From positions 64,001 through 128,000 of IMG/VR virus record IMGVR_UViG_3300028887_000070: a DNA stretch of 64,000 nucleotides, one strand, 5' to 3'. Below the pieces are notes generated by a model. It searched no databases and was not told the origin of the DNA. It saw only the letters and a program-made list of their open reading frames with translations. Positions 47,608-58,209 of this stretch are shown piece after piece; position 1 is the first letter of the stretch; every line of letters starts with the position of its first letter. The DNA comes from a virus. Lineage: Duplodnaviria > Caudoviricetes. Both the position numbers and the translations under genes were made by a program.

Positions 47608-49980
47608 ATGCTACGTATGGCAACTACAAAGAAGAAGATAGATTCGTTTGACGAATCAATAGAGAAGTACGCTTCCGAGATCAAAGAAATCTCAGATGAT
47701 GTAGAAAGAGTTCGTCAAACTCCAGATATGTACATAGGTACTTTAGGGGATAAAGGGTTCTTAACTCTCATTAGAGAGATAGTACAGAACTCATTCGACG
47801 AGATAATGAAAGGTCAAGCACTAGATATGAACATCTCCGTGATCTTCGATGAGCGTACTAACGCTGTCACAGTTACAGATCATGGACGAGGAATACCTTT
47901 CGGCAAGATCAATACGATCTTTGGCAAAACTCATACAAGCTCCAACTATGAGAAGAAACTTGGTGTGTATTCCGCAGGCAAGAATGGTGTCGGCGGCGCT
48001 GTTACAAACATGCTTTCTCATAGTATGATTATAGATGTCTTTCATAAAACAGCACAAGAAGGACGACACGCCGAATTCGTGGAGGGACATCTCTGGAAGA
48101 AAGGCGAAGTTGCAATCCCTAAGAAGGATTGTAAAGGGAAACAGGGTACAGTCATTACTTTCATTCCGTCTGAGTCATGTTTGAACGTTGACAAGTTCAG
48201 GCTCACTTGGGAGAATGTGTATGACTTGATTGCTACCATAGTTCCGTTGCAACCAATAGGAACATCATGTTCATTCGATGGAATAGACATGAATGGTGTT
48301 ATCCATCACGAGGATATAGTCAATCAAGATGGGGTGATAACCCATTTGTTCAACATGACCCAGAATCCATTCATCAATCCAGTCTTTGTACAAAAAGATA
48401 CAGGCGAGATGAGTATGGAATTATATTTCACATATGACACTAGTGTTGAGAACAACTTTGAAGACTATCGAAGCTTCAGTAACACATGTCCAAATAATGG
48501 CGGCCGACATCTTGAAGGTGCTATCGATGGAGTCGTACGGTTCTTCAAAGAGTACATGAACAAGATATACCTTGTCAATGCAAAGAGCAAGGCGAAGCTG
48601 GTATGTGGAATAAACGATATCAAGCAAGGGCTTAAGCTGGTAATCAGTACGCAACTCTTGTATCCAATGTATAATGCTCAGAGTAAGGAGATTCTCAAGA
48701 ATGATGAGATCTTCCCATTCGTATCTGACACTACTTATGAAGCGCTTCAGGCATGGAGTCAGACTAACAGTACTGATCTTCAAAACCTCTGTAAGTACTT
48801 CAGAAGCATAATAGAACTTAGAATGAAACAGGATAAAGATAAGGTGAAACTGGCGAATTCTTATAAGTCATCTATCCTTTCGGGCTATCCTGATAAGTTC
48901 AAGAAGCCTAACATGAAGAAGGGCTTCGAGCTGATCATAGTAGAAGGAGACTCAGCTTTCGGTTCTGCAGAGAACTCGAGAGACAACAACATTCAGGGAA
49001 TCTACCCCATAAGAGGTAAGTTACCTAATGCCTTCGAAAAGCCAGCAAGCGTAATCTTCCAGAACGAAGAGGTAGCTTCTATCTTCCAAATCATAGGTGG
49101 AGGCTATGGTAAGAACTTTGACATATCAAAGGTTAACATCTCCAAGCTTATATTCATGGCTGATGCTGACCCTGATGGTAAACATATCTTGACACTTCTC
49201 CTCAGGCTGATCGCACTGTATGCGAGACCGCTTTTGGAGGCAGGTATGGTTTACGCGGCAATACCGCCGTTGTTTGGAGTTCCTATAAGTAAGGACAAGT
49301 ATAAGTACTTTGTCGACAAGAAGGACTACTATCAGTACATACAGAAGAAGTTCTCTACAGACAACGTTCTTACTGATCTCAATGGTAAGTCTATGACTAC
49401 CAAGAACATCACAGATCTTCTTGACAGAACAGACAACTACATCAGCGTTCTCGAGAGCACTGCTTCAAACTATGCGATTGATCCTTATCTGCTTGAGACA
49501 ATCCTTATCAATAAGGACCTTACACAGAAGAAGTTCAAGTCTGTCATAGAGAAACAGTATAGATTCATGAAAGTACGTACTGAGAATGGTATCACTGTTC
49601 TTGATGGTTTAGCTGGAAACAAGGCTCACTTCATATATCTTACTCCGCGTCTTCTTGCAGCGTGCGGTATGGTTCTGAGTTACTTAAACGCCAATGAAAC
49701 ATACTTCAAGCTCAATGGACAGGTAGTATCACTGTATGGACTTAGACTTGCATTCAGTAAATATGAACCAGCTCATCTGCAGCGATTCAAGGGACTTGGT
49801 GAGATGAATCCAAAGATGCTCGGTGTAAGTACACTGAGACCTGACGGAGACAGAATGCTTGTTAGATACACGTTTGAAGATATCAATCGTGAGATCATCG
49901 AGATGAGAAAGCTCAACGACAGTAAGGATCTTCTCCTCAAGGGCATTGGAAAGCTGCCTAGACAAGATATCTTAGGATGA
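47608..49980 (+). CDS. gyrB: type IIA topoisomerase subunit B (GyrB/ParE)
   Basis: PDMYIG, EIVQNSFDE, DHGRGIP, GKNGVG, EGDSA, PIRGK, DADPDG, RFKGLGEM. Confidence 0.93.
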   Translation: MLRMATTKKKIDSFDESIEKYASEIKEISDDVERVRQTPDMYIGTLGDKGFLTLIREIVQNSFDEIMKGQALDMNISVIFDERTNAVTVTDHGRGIPFGKINTIFGKTHTSSNYEKKLGVYSAGKNGVGGAVTNMLSHSMIIDVFHKTAQEGRHAEFVEGHLWKKGEVAIPKKDCKGKQGTVITFIPSESCLNVDKFRLTWENVYDLIATIVPLQPIGTSCSFDGIDMNGVIHHEDIVNQDGVITHLFNMTQNPFINPVFVQKDTGEMSMELYFTYDTSVENNFEDYRSFSNTCPNNGGRHLEGAIDGVVRFFKEYMNKIYLVNAKSKAKLVCGINDIKQGLKLVISTQLLYPMYNAQSKEILKNDEIFPFVSDTTYEALQAWSQTNSTDLQNLCKYFRSIIELRMKQDKDKVKLANSYKSSILSGYPDKFKKPNMKKGFELIIVEGDSAFGSAENSRDNNIQGIYPIRGKLPNAFEKPASVIFQNEEVASIFQIIGGGYGKNFDISKVNISKLIFMADADPDGKHILTLLLRLIALYARPLLEAGMVYAAIPPLFGVPISKDKYKYFVDKKDYYQYIQKKFSTDNVLTDLNGKSMTTKNITDLLDRTDNYISVLESTASNYAIDPYLLETILINKDLTQKKFKSVIEKQYRFMKVRTENGITVLDGLAGNKAHFIYLTPRLLAACGMVLSYLNANETYFKLNGQVVSLYGLRLAFSKYEPAHLQRFKGLGEMNPKMLGVSTLRPDGDRMLVRYTFEDINREIIEMRKLNDSKDLLLKGIGKLPRQDILG

Positions 49981-49985
49981 TCAAA

Positions 49986-50019
49986 GGGAGGTGTGGAGCA
50001 ATCCACACCTTCTTTTTTG
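49986..50019 (+). terminator. intrinsic terminator
   Basis: AGGTGTGGA-gcaa-TCCACACCT then TCTTTTTT. Confidence 0.8.
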
Positions 50020-50105
50020 TCGTAATCATTTACTGCTCATCCTACATATATATAATCGAACCAGATTGGGCGATATTAAAACTACATCTAAAGGAGAGTA
50101 TCATC

Positions 50106-50549
50106 ATGAACAAGAACCCCAAGTACAACAGCAACAAGAAAGGCTACACAAAGCCTAACCCGAATACCACAAGAGTGGCTAAGTACACGACAGCTGAGTT
50201 TGAACTCGGTTCTTCAGACAAGTACGATTCTATAATCGATACACTCATCGCTATTATCGACTCATGTAGCTTCGACTGCTGCGCTATCACTGCTAAGATG
50301 AGAAAGTCTACTTTCTTTGATAGCTCCGAGTCCAAGGGAATGATCGATCTCGGCGAGATCAGAGAGTTCAACAATGAAACCAAGAAGTTCACTGTATCAA
50401 TGCCTACAGCAACATACACAAAGCTTAAGGACGTTATCAACAACGGCAGCCTTAAGATCGTACCTGCAGTAAGACTCAACAAGGACACTGGCGAAGTTAA
50501 GTTCATCTCTTGCTTCGAAGCAGTTCTTCCTCCTACTGCAAACGAATAA
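50106..50549 (+). CDS. hypothetical protein between the topoisomerase genes
   Basis: RBS AAGGAG before ATG 50106; the upstream ORF extension runs through a terminator and is probably spurious. Confidence 0.7.
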   Translation: MNKNPKYNSNKKGYTKPNPNTTRVAKYTTAEFELGSSDKYDSIIDTLIAIIDSCSFDCCAITAKMRKSTFFDSSESKGMIDLGEIREFNNETKKFTVSMPTATYTKLKDVINNGSLKIVPAVRLNKDTGEVKFISCFEAVLPPTANE

Positions 50550-50727
50550 GACATCCCCTCCTACTATAGCGCTCACGCGCTGTTCTGGAACTTCCTTAAT
50601 TTAACTCACGGGAATCGGTGGAGGTCCAACGGCCTCCACCAATTCTCGCGTCCATTGTATACTATAGAGAGGTAATAAAGGAGTTTGGTCAGAACTCTAC
50701 AATAATCACACAAGGAGGTCATATCAC

Positions 50728-53118
50728 ATGTCAGAAACAATAGTAGAGAAGAACATGTTAGGCGAGTACCATGGAGACTATAGAGCTTATGCTCTGTATT
50801 GTGAGATGCAGAGAAGTGTTCCTAATATGAATGATGGACTCGTTCCAGTTCACAGAAGAACTGTACATTGTGCATGGGAGTATTGCCGTGCTTACTTTAA
50901 AGAGAATGAAAGACCCAACTTGATGAAGTGTGCTAATATTATTGGAGCAACGATGGCACACGATCATCCTCATGGAGATGCAGGTATCCAAACTGCTCTC
51001 TATACAATGATCAACTGGTATCAGACAAAGTATCCTCTATTTCTTGGACAGGGTAACTTTGGTAATACATATACTAGTACTGGCGCTTCGCCGCGATACA
51101 CAGAGGCTACCATCTCACCATTCTGTAGAGATGTAGTACTCGATGAAGTTATGCAGTTCAAAGATGTAATAGATTGGACTCCTAACTACGATAAGAGAAG
51201 CTTGGAGCCATTGTATCTACCTACTAAGGTTCCGCTGCTTCTTCTGAATGGTTCTATGCACATGAGTGTTGGTGATAAGGTTGATGTACCTTCACATAAC
51301 ATATGTGAAGTTATTGATCAGACTATCAAGCTCATCAAGAATCCTAAGCATCAGGTAGTTCTTATACCTGATCACACTCAGGCTTGTGAGATCATAGATA
51401 CTGACTGGAAAGAGATGTCTAGAACAGGCTATGGTCTTTATAAGGTTAGAGGTGTAATAGAGATCAAGGAGTACTTCGGTAAGACTAAAAAGTATAAGGG
51501 ACGTACTGTCCTTGCTATACGTAGTTGTCCGAACCTTACTTATCTCGGAAACATCATAGCATCTATCGAGAAGCTCGTTAAGGATAACAAGCTCATCGGT
51601 ATAGAAGACATTGAGGATGAGTCTGGTATCGACGATATGAACTACATCCTCATTCTTAGACCTGGTGTTGATCCTAACTTCGTTAAGGAGAGTATCTATA
51701 CAAACACCAGACTTCAGAACACATTCCGTCTCTATCTGAAGGTGTTCGTAGACGATGGAATGTATGTATCTACCAAGAGAATGAACTACACAGAGTATCT
51801 CACTCACTTCATTGATATCAGACGTATCACGAAGCAGAGATACTATTGTCACAAGCATCAGAAGCTTCAGACTCGTCTGCATGTAGTAAACAACTACATC
51901 TGGGCGTTTGAGTCGAAGAAGGTTACTGATGAAGTGCTTGGACTCATTCGTAAGAAGAAGGTAGTCAACGATGCAGAGCTCATAGAGGATCTGATCAAGA
52001 AGTTCGATTTCACTGATCTTCAAGCTAAGTTCATCATCGATATGGAAGTTAAGAAGCTTTCGCAGGGATGGTATCTTAAGTTCAAAGAAGAGAGAGATCA
52101 GCTTACTGCAGAGGCTAAGATATGTGCAAACATCATCGCTAATGACAATGTACTCGATCAGCTCATCATAGATGAACTTGAAGATATCAAGAAGAAGTAT
52201 GGTGACAAGAGAAAGTGTAGAGTCATCTCAGCAGCAGAGGCATCTGGTATCCCTCAGGGTATCTTTAAGATATCTCTGTCAGAACAGAACATGCTCAAGA
52301 AGTTTGGTCCAGAGGAGAATATCACTGGTACTAGAACTGGAGACACCGTGAAGTTCCTCATCAAGGGAGACAACTCTAAGAACGTACTTCTCTTCGACAT
52401 CAAGGGTAAGGTATTCAATATCCCGATATCGAAGATACCATTCGCAGATAAGTCTTCACCAGGAACAGACATCAGAATAGTCAACAAAAACATCAATGCT
52501 CCTATAACGGCTGTAATCTACGAGCCTTTGTTTGAGCAGTATAAAGATGGTCATCTTGTAGTATTGACTAAGAGTGGACTCATCAAGAAGATGACTATAG
52601 GAGACTTCTTAGCAGTTCCACCTAGTGGTCTTGTGTATACCAAGATCGATCCAGATGACTATGTAGTAAGTGTCAACTTCTTCTATAGTGACAACGCAGA
52701 CATAGTTATCTACAGTCAGAGCAAAGCACTTAAGCTAAACATAGCAGAGATACCTCTCTTCAAGCGTAATGCTAAGGGTAATATCTCTATGGGTGGCACT
52801 AACAAACAAGTAAACGGTATGAGTGTACTTAGACACGATAGTACTGAGTATCTCGTATGTACCACACATGGCTACATCAATAAGATAACTCCAGACTCAC
52901 TTCCTTCTGGAAGAACTAAAGCTGGAAAGTCTGTAACTAAGTTAGTCAAGGGGGACAACATAGTTGCTATACTTGGTGTAAATGAGTCATCGACTATAAG
53001 AGTGATAACTGCTAATGGACAGCATTCAGACATTGCAGTAAACACAATTCCTATGGGTAGCTCAGTATCTGTAGGATACAAGGCCAACTCTGGTATACTC
53101 GGAGCTTGGAACGTATAA
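50728..53118 (+). CDS. gyrA: type IIA topoisomerase subunit A (GyrA/ParC)
   Basis: DGLVPVHRR, HPHGD, GQGNFG, ASPRYTE (catalytic Tyr), PSHN, beta-pinwheel-type CTD. Confidence 0.93.
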   Translation: MSETIVEKNMLGEYHGDYRAYALYCEMQRSVPNMNDGLVPVHRRTVHCAWEYCRAYFKENERPNLMKCANIIGATMAHDHPHGDAGIQTALYTMINWYQTKYPLFLGQGNFGNTYTSTGASPRYTEATISPFCRDVVLDEVMQFKDVIDWTPNYDKRSLEPLYLPTKVPLLLLNGSMHMSVGDKVDVPSHNICEVIDQTIKLIKNPKHQVVLIPDHTQACEIIDTDWKEMSRTGYGLYKVRGVIEIKEYFGKTKKYKGRTVLAIRSCPNLTYLGNIIASIEKLVKDNKLIGIEDIEDESGIDDMNYILILRPGVDPNFVKESIYTNTRLQNTFRLYLKVFVDDGMYVSTKRMNYTEYLTHFIDIRRITKQRYYCHKHQKLQTRLHVVNNYIWAFESKKVTDEVLGLIRKKKVVNDAELIEDLIKKFDFTDLQAKFIIDMEVKKLSQGWYLKFKEERDQLTAEAKICANIIANDNVLDQLIIDELEDIKKKYGDKRKCRVISAAEASGIPQGIFKISLSEQNMLKKFGPEENITGTRTGDTVKFLIKGDNSKNVLLFDIKGKVFNIPISKIPFADKSSPGTDIRIVNKNINAPITAVIYEPLFEQYKDGHLVVLTKSGLIKKMTIGDFLAVPPSGLVYTKIDPDDYVVSVNFFYSDNADIVIYSQSKALKLNIAEIPLFKRNAKGNISMGGTNKQVNGMSVLRHDSTEYLVCTTHGYINKITPDSLPSGRTKAGKSVTKLVKGDNIVAILGVNESSTIRVITANGQHSDIAVNTIPMGSSVSVGYKANSGILGAWNV

Positions 53119-53171
53119 GAAACTTGGGTAGAGGATAACACCTCTACCCATCTTTTCATAGGAGGGATAAT

Positions 53172-53897
53172 ATGAGCGAAGCAACTAAGATCAATGCGAA
53201 GATCAACGCACAAATGGAGTTCACCATATCTAATGGTGGAACTATCTGGCTCATGACAGATTGGCATCTCATCCGTTATAACAAGAAGACTGGTGAGTTC
53301 TATGAAAGAGAGAATGCTGCTGATATACTTGGAGCAGCAGTAAGTGCTGTTAAAGAAGGAGACGTGGTTATCTTCATGGGTGACCTTGTTGACTCTGAAT
53401 GCTACTCTGATTATCCAGTAGTAGCACTCTATAGAAAGCTAGCTACTATCTGTAGTGTGTTCAAGAAGGCTAAGAAGAAGTACTTCCTTATAGGAAACAA
53501 TGACACTGACACCGTACAACTCTATAAGGACTTAGGCTTCGATGAAGTGGTTCCTTGTATCCTATTCAGAGGAGACATAGTAATCAGTCACATGCCTTTC
53601 AAGTGTAAAGATGCCAAGTATAATCTTCACGGTCATCTTCATATCGGAGATCCTGATTTGAAATATACTTGCCACTACTGGCCGCAATATGGAGTAGAGA
53701 AGACTCGACAGCACATCAATGTATTCAACAACGAGAGACATCCTGTGGATCTCGTGAAAGACGTTCTCGAAGGCCTCTGCGTCAATGGCGTTCCCAATGA
53801 CCAAGCACCATTGGCTACTACAGAGATGAAACCTAAGAAACGTAATGCACATCTTCTTAAGGAGACTAAGTCTTACTACAAGGAACTTAAGAAGTGA
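53172..53897 (+). CDS. calcineurin-like metallophosphoesterase
   Basis: TDWH, MGDL, GNND, SHMP, HGHLH. Confidence 0.8.
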   Translation: MSEATKINAKINAQMEFTISNGGTIWLMTDWHLIRYNKKTGEFYERENAADILGAAVSAVKEGDVVIFMGDLVDSECYSDYPVVALYRKLATICSVFKKAKKKYFLIGNNDTDTVQLYKDLGFDEVVPCILFRGDIVISHMPFKCKDAKYNLHGHLHIGDPDLKYTCHYWPQYGVEKTRQHINVFNNERHPVDLVKDVLEGLCVNGVPNDQAPLATTEMKPKKRNAHLLKETKSYYKELKK

Positions 53898-53952
53898 TAC
53901 TATAGGGGTTGCTAGCCACAACCCCTTGTTTTTTGTGAAAGGAGGTTAGAGT

Positions 53953-54549
53953 ATGAACAACAGAATACCTAAATTGCCAAAGATGAGGATAGAGGATCTT
54001 CTCGAGAAGTTCAAAGACGAATTCAGAATAGGACACTGGGATCCAAAAGAGGAAGTGTTTACTCCAAAGGGAGCATTCAACATGTACACCATTTACAGAA
54101 CACTATCTCCACAGCAGTTTGAATCTTTTAGATGTGGTCTTAACTATGACTACACCGAATACCTTGCATGGTATTTTACTACCTACTTCAACTCAACACA
54201 CTATGAACTCTACTACATAGAATTTGACGACGGATACAACTACACTTTCCTTATCTATCAAGATCAGTATGGATATCATCTTGTCATTCCAGATGGATAC
54301 CTTCCAGTATATGGTATCATTGATAAAGGTACTGAAGATGAATGTGTACAGTTCATAGTCAACGTTATCAGTAGCTATAGAATGTATAAACCAGAATGGA
54401 TAGTCTTCAAGTACTTACCTACTGGAATCTATGGAAGCACTATCAGACAGTTCATGGACGAAAGATGGGTATGGAGATGGTACTATAAGTCTTCATGCAA
54501 AGAGAGTCAGGTTCAGTTCTTATTCAAGAGAGTCAATACAGTCCTGTAG
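53953..54549 (+). CDS. hypothetical protein
   Basis: 198 aa, aromatic-rich, RBS GGAGGT. Confidence 0.65.
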   Translation: MNNRIPKLPKMRIEDLLEKFKDEFRIGHWDPKEEVFTPKGAFNMYTIYRTLSPQQFESFRCGLNYDYTEYLAWYFTTYFNSTHYELYYIEFDDGYNYTFLIYQDQYGYHLVIPDGYLPVYGIIDKGTEDECVQFIVNVISSYRMYKPEWIVFKYLPTGIYGSTIRQFMDERWVWRWYYKSSCKESQVQFLFKRVNTVL

Positions 54550-54582
54550 TTATATACTATTAGGATGAAAGGAGGACTAGTT

Positions 54583-54972
54583 ATGGCTAGTGGAGTACGT
54601 ATAGTATCAGTCCCTAGGCGAGTAACTAAAAAGAATGAAGAGCGCAAACTTGATGGATACCACTATGTAGGTATGGAAGACGCTCTTCGAAAATACACCC
54701 ACCCAAGATTTGCGGATCAATGCTGTTGGGTCTATATGCAGAGAGATCCTAAAGATCAGAACAGCATTGTTCCAGACGCATTAAGCATCGTAGGTAAAGT
54801 TATCAACTATGACGATGAGCAATTTACTATAGAGCTCTTCAGAACTGAATGGTATGATGCTTTACCAAAGCCAGAAATCTCTATAGCTTGTACTGGCTAC
54901 AGAGATGTCGAAAACAAGACTATCGAAGTAAAGTCTATAACAGGACTTTATCTAGGTAGCATTATAATCTAA
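54583..54972 (+). CDS. hypothetical protein
   Basis: RBS GGAGG before ATG 54583; early motif 54549-54561. Confidence 0.65.
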   Translation: MASGVRIVSVPRRVTKKNEERKLDGYHYVGMEDALRKYTHPRFADQCCWVYMQRDPKDQNSIVPDALSIVGKVINYDDEQFTIELFRTEWYDALPKPEISIACTGYRDVENKTIEVKSITGLYLGSIII

Positions 54973-54988
54973 CCAAGGAGGAATACAC

Positions 54989-56371
54989 ATGAGAACAATC
55001 AGAATGGGTATAATAGTGAAAGACACTAAGAAGCCATTTCCATTCAACCAGGAGAAGGTCGACAGAATTTGCAAGACAGAAGAGGGTTATTCAATCCTCG
55101 TACACGGTGGTGTAAACCACTTTGATGATAGAGCTTGTGTTGCTCTGTTTAGACTCATCATGGCAGGTCAGCCTACAAGCTATACAAGAAACACTATCGC
55201 ACCTATTGAAGGTGATGAGCCTGCATGGGAACATGAAGTTACAATTGCTGAAGAAAAGATAGACAAAATGACCTATCAAAAACTTACCACATTAAGAAAA
55301 GGTAAGTACTCTATCATTTGTGACATTGGCCGTAAGTATGATCCTGAGAAAGGATACTTCGACCATCACCAGGAGCTCGATGAAGCTCATAAGAACTATG
55401 CAGCTTTCGGACTCCTCTGGGAGTACTACACAACTCCAGAAATGAGAGAGTACTACAAGGAGTTCGATCGTTTCGTACATCAGATGGACGATCATGATAT
55501 GGGAGTTAAGAAGTCTCCTGTATGTGATCTGTTCCGTAACTTCAATGCATTCAGTGAGACAACTGGATACAGTGATAATGATGAGACACTCTTTGAGGAG
55601 TCTGTACAGACACTCACTCATCTCTTCAGACGTATGCTTATTAACTCTCATATCAATCGTATCGCAGAGAAGGAAGCTGCTATACAGGCTGAAGTTAAGA
55701 CAGTTAAGAAAGAATCTGGTAAGGAGATGAAGATCTGTATGCTTAGACAGTTCTTCCCTGCTGGAGAAGCATACGCTGCAGAGAAAGGATGCGAACTTGT
55801 AGCATGGAAACTTTCAGAGAATGATGATCGTAATCCTAACTGCTATCACGTTATCTGCGTGCGTCCAGATAGAAGTTCTTACTCTACTCCTGTTCGTTTC
55901 CCTGCTGAATGGGCTGATAAGGAGAACGCTCCAGAGTGGGTACAGTTCTGTCATAAGACAGGCTTCCTTGCAGTAGTGGATACATATGAGCACGCTGTAG
56001 AGTGTTTACGTCATGTAGTACTCAATGAGAAGGCAGATAAGTGCTTTACTCTTACTCTTAAGTGCTCAGACAATGTCAAACTTGAGGATATGTACAATCA
56101 GTACATGTCAGAGTTCGGAGTTATGGGTGACTATAGTGAAGGAAACATCACTATCAAACAGTTCCCAGAGCCAGACAACATGGGTATCTATGAAGACACT
56201 AGAGAACTTACAGTTACTTTCGACTTAAAGAACTGCATGGGTAGCAATCAGCTTCTTAGTATGCTCGGAAGAATGTTCCCTGATCAGTGCTTAGAAACAC
56301 TGTATGACTATCATGACGAGATACTTGAAAAACCTGCAGGTAACTTCCCTTCTATGAACTTCGGCGGCTAA
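54989..56371 (+). CDS. MYG1-family (DHH superfamily) nuclease with C-terminal extension
   Basis: VHGGVNHFDD, CDIGRKYD..FDHHQ, AAFGLLW, MDDHDMG, FCHKTGFLA. Confidence 0.8.
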   Translation: MRTIRMGIIVKDTKKPFPFNQEKVDRICKTEEGYSILVHGGVNHFDDRACVALFRLIMAGQPTSYTRNTIAPIEGDEPAWEHEVTIAEEKIDKMTYQKLTTLRKGKYSIICDIGRKYDPEKGYFDHHQELDEAHKNYAAFGLLWEYYTTPEMREYYKEFDRFVHQMDDHDMGVKKSPVCDLFRNFNAFSETTGYSDNDETLFEESVQTLTHLFRRMLINSHINRIAEKEAAIQAEVKTVKKESGKEMKICMLRQFFPAGEAYAAEKGCELVAWKLSENDDRNPNCYHVICVRPDRSSYSTPVRFPAEWADKENAPEWVQFCHKTGFLAVVDTYEHAVECLRHVVLNEKADKCFTLTLKCSDNVKLEDMYNQYMSEFGVMGDYSEGNITIKQFPEPDNMGIYEDTRELTVTFDLKNCMGSNQLLSMLGRMFPDQCLETLYDYHDEILEKPAGNFPSMNFGG

Positions 56372-56391
56372 TCTTATCAAAAGCAACAAGA

Positions 56392-56425
56392 GGAACGGTG
56401 GGAATCATCCCACCGTTTCTTTTTT
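56392..56425. terminator. terminator between convergent genes
   Basis: AACGGTGGGA-atca-TCCCACCGTT then TCTTTTTT. Confidence 0.8.
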
Positions 56426-56426
56426 G

Positions 56427-57245
56427 TCAATCCCATGGAGAACGGAACAATGGTACACATACAGGTTGCTGTACAGGCGTTTGTGAGGGAGGAGCAGCAT
56501 AACTAGCGTTACCATCTCTTAAAATCGACAGACGCTGTTTAAGCAGTTCACGAGTAGCCCCAAGCTGGTCAACTTGGGAGTTGTCTCCCATGTCAATTGC
56601 AATATACTTCTTTTCAAGTATCTGCATATAGTCATTATAGATCTGATCTTGTGCAAGCTTCTCAATCATCTTCAGCTTGTCGAGGAGTTCAGCATCTATA
56701 TAGTCATGATACTGTTGTACGAATGCATTGTAGTAACCGTATACTCTGTTCGCAGGAACATAGATATACTGATTATGTACAAGCTCATGAACAGTCTCTG
56801 ATAATGGGATGAGTCCTACCATCAGACAGTAGTGTACATAGAGTACTTCATATGCCACTGCCTCTATAGTAAGGAGTTCTCCAAGAGCCATTCTCTTTCT
56901 TATGATGATACTACAGATCTCATAGAGTGTCATAGGAGAGTGATGAATCTCTATCCTTATCTTAGGAGTAAACTCATTCGTTACGTTAGGCAGAAATGCA
57001 CAGTTTCTCATGTCCATATACTCTCTGAGGTACTGTACCATATTCTTGTATTCGAGAGACTGTCTAACAAACCTCTCGAGGTCTTTCATATACCTAACCA
57101 TATCCTTCTCGTCAAACATATCATAGTCCTGGACACCGTACTCTGGTATGTCGTTAGGGATAGTAACTACATCGATTTCATTCGGAGTGAAGGTGTCAAG
57201 AGGATTAGTATCCTCAACTTCTTGGTACTTGTTGTTGTAATCCAT
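56427..57245 (-). CDS. HNH-like protein, paralog of 22327-23052
   Basis: EYKN..C..IEIHH...H..SETVHELVHN; late promoter 57269-57280. Confidence 0.6.
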   Translation of the reverse strand: MDYNNKYQEVEDTNPLDTFTPNEIDVVTIPNDIPEYGVQDYDMFDEKDMVRYMKDLERFVRQSLEYKNMVQYLREYMDMRNCAFLPNVTNEFTPKIRIEIHHSPMTLYEICSIIIRKRMALGELLTIEAVAYEVLYVHYCLMVGLIPLSETVHELVHNQYIYVPANRVYGYYNAFVQQYHDYIDAELLDKLKMIEKLAQDQIYNDYMQILEKKYIAIDMGDNSQVDQLGATRELLKQRLSILRDGNASYAAPPSQTPVQQPVCVPLFRSPWD

Positions 57246-57332
57246 ACAAATGCCTCCTTTCAGGTATTTACCATGATGTTTCAACAAAAAAGAAACCTGA
57301 GCGTACTGCTCAGGTCCCTTAGTGTTTTACTC

Positions 57333-57668
57333 TTACAGAACGTTCCAATAGCCGTCAAAGATATACACTCTAACAGACGGATAGTCGGGCCATGTCTCAA
57401 ACATGGTATAGCCTGCCCATGATGGCATAAGGAATCGGTACTCGCCATCGATGACTACCAGTAGGCAACCATCGAACTTCTGTACCATCTCTCTTATAGT
57501 CCATCCAGGGAAGTATGCATGATCGTCTCCACTCTTCAAACGTGGAGCTGTAGTGACTATCTTCTTACCGAATGTGTTCTTGATGTCTTCTATCGTCTTG
57601 TAGTCCGATAGCTTAAACGTGAAGTTTAAGGGCTTCTTGTATTCTGTGATTGTTGCAGATCTTTTCAT
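57333..57668 (-). CDS. hypothetical protein
   Basis: RBS AGGAG before ATG 57668. Confidence 0.55.
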   Translation of the reverse strand: MKRSATITEYKKPLNFTFKLSDYKTIEDIKNTFGKKIVTTAPRLKSGDDHAYFPGWTIREMVQKFDGCLLVVIDGEYRFLMPSWAGYTMFETWPDYPSVRVYIFDGYWNVL

Positions 57669-58077
57669 AGTTGAACTCCTCTCCAAATCTGTTCTTGAAT
57701 GCTCGTATGATTTCATTCTCTAGTATCGCATAGCAATAGAATGATTCAACAGGTGTATCATCATCAAAAGAATAACCCATACCCCATCCTCCAAGTCGTA
57801 TACGTATTCTATCGAAGGTATACAAGATGGCTGGGTAGGAAACTTTTTCTGATAATGATATAGACCTCTTTGATTCTTTGTAAATCATACCACGTATCAA
57901 TACTCTTATGTACGTATCGATACTCATTGTACTTGCAGCCTGTACAATGTATCTTTTAGCTGTTTCTACTAGTTTATCTAGGAACAAGTTCACATAATAA
58001 TCCTCCGTGAACTTTTCCTGATAGATCTCTTCACACACTGATTCTGGTGTGGATGATACTTGAGCAAATATACTCAT
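57613..58077 (-). CDS. hypothetical protein
   Basis: RBS AAGGAG before ATG 58077; early motif 58152-58166. Confidence 0.6.
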   Translation of the reverse strand: MSIFAQVSSTPESVCEEIYQEKFTEDYYVNLFLDKLVETAKRYIVQAASTMSIDTYIRVLIRGMIYKESKRSISLSEKVSYPAILYTFDRIRIRLGGWGMGYSFDDDTPVESFYCYAILENEIIRAFKNRFGEEFNYEKICNNHRIQEALKLHV

Positions 58078-58209
58078 AGCTTTGTCTCCTTTCATATAGA
58101 TTAGGTCTAAGACCCATAGTGATGTACAGAGTTGAGTGACTCTATACATATCTATAGTATATAATGGAGACGAAGATTCCGAGATCCACTAGGGATCTCG
58201 GAGTATCTC

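Noticed and set aside
49977-50105. Hydrophobic N-terminal extension of ORF 49977-50549
   Set aside because: Runs through the gyrB terminator; the RBS supports a start at 50106
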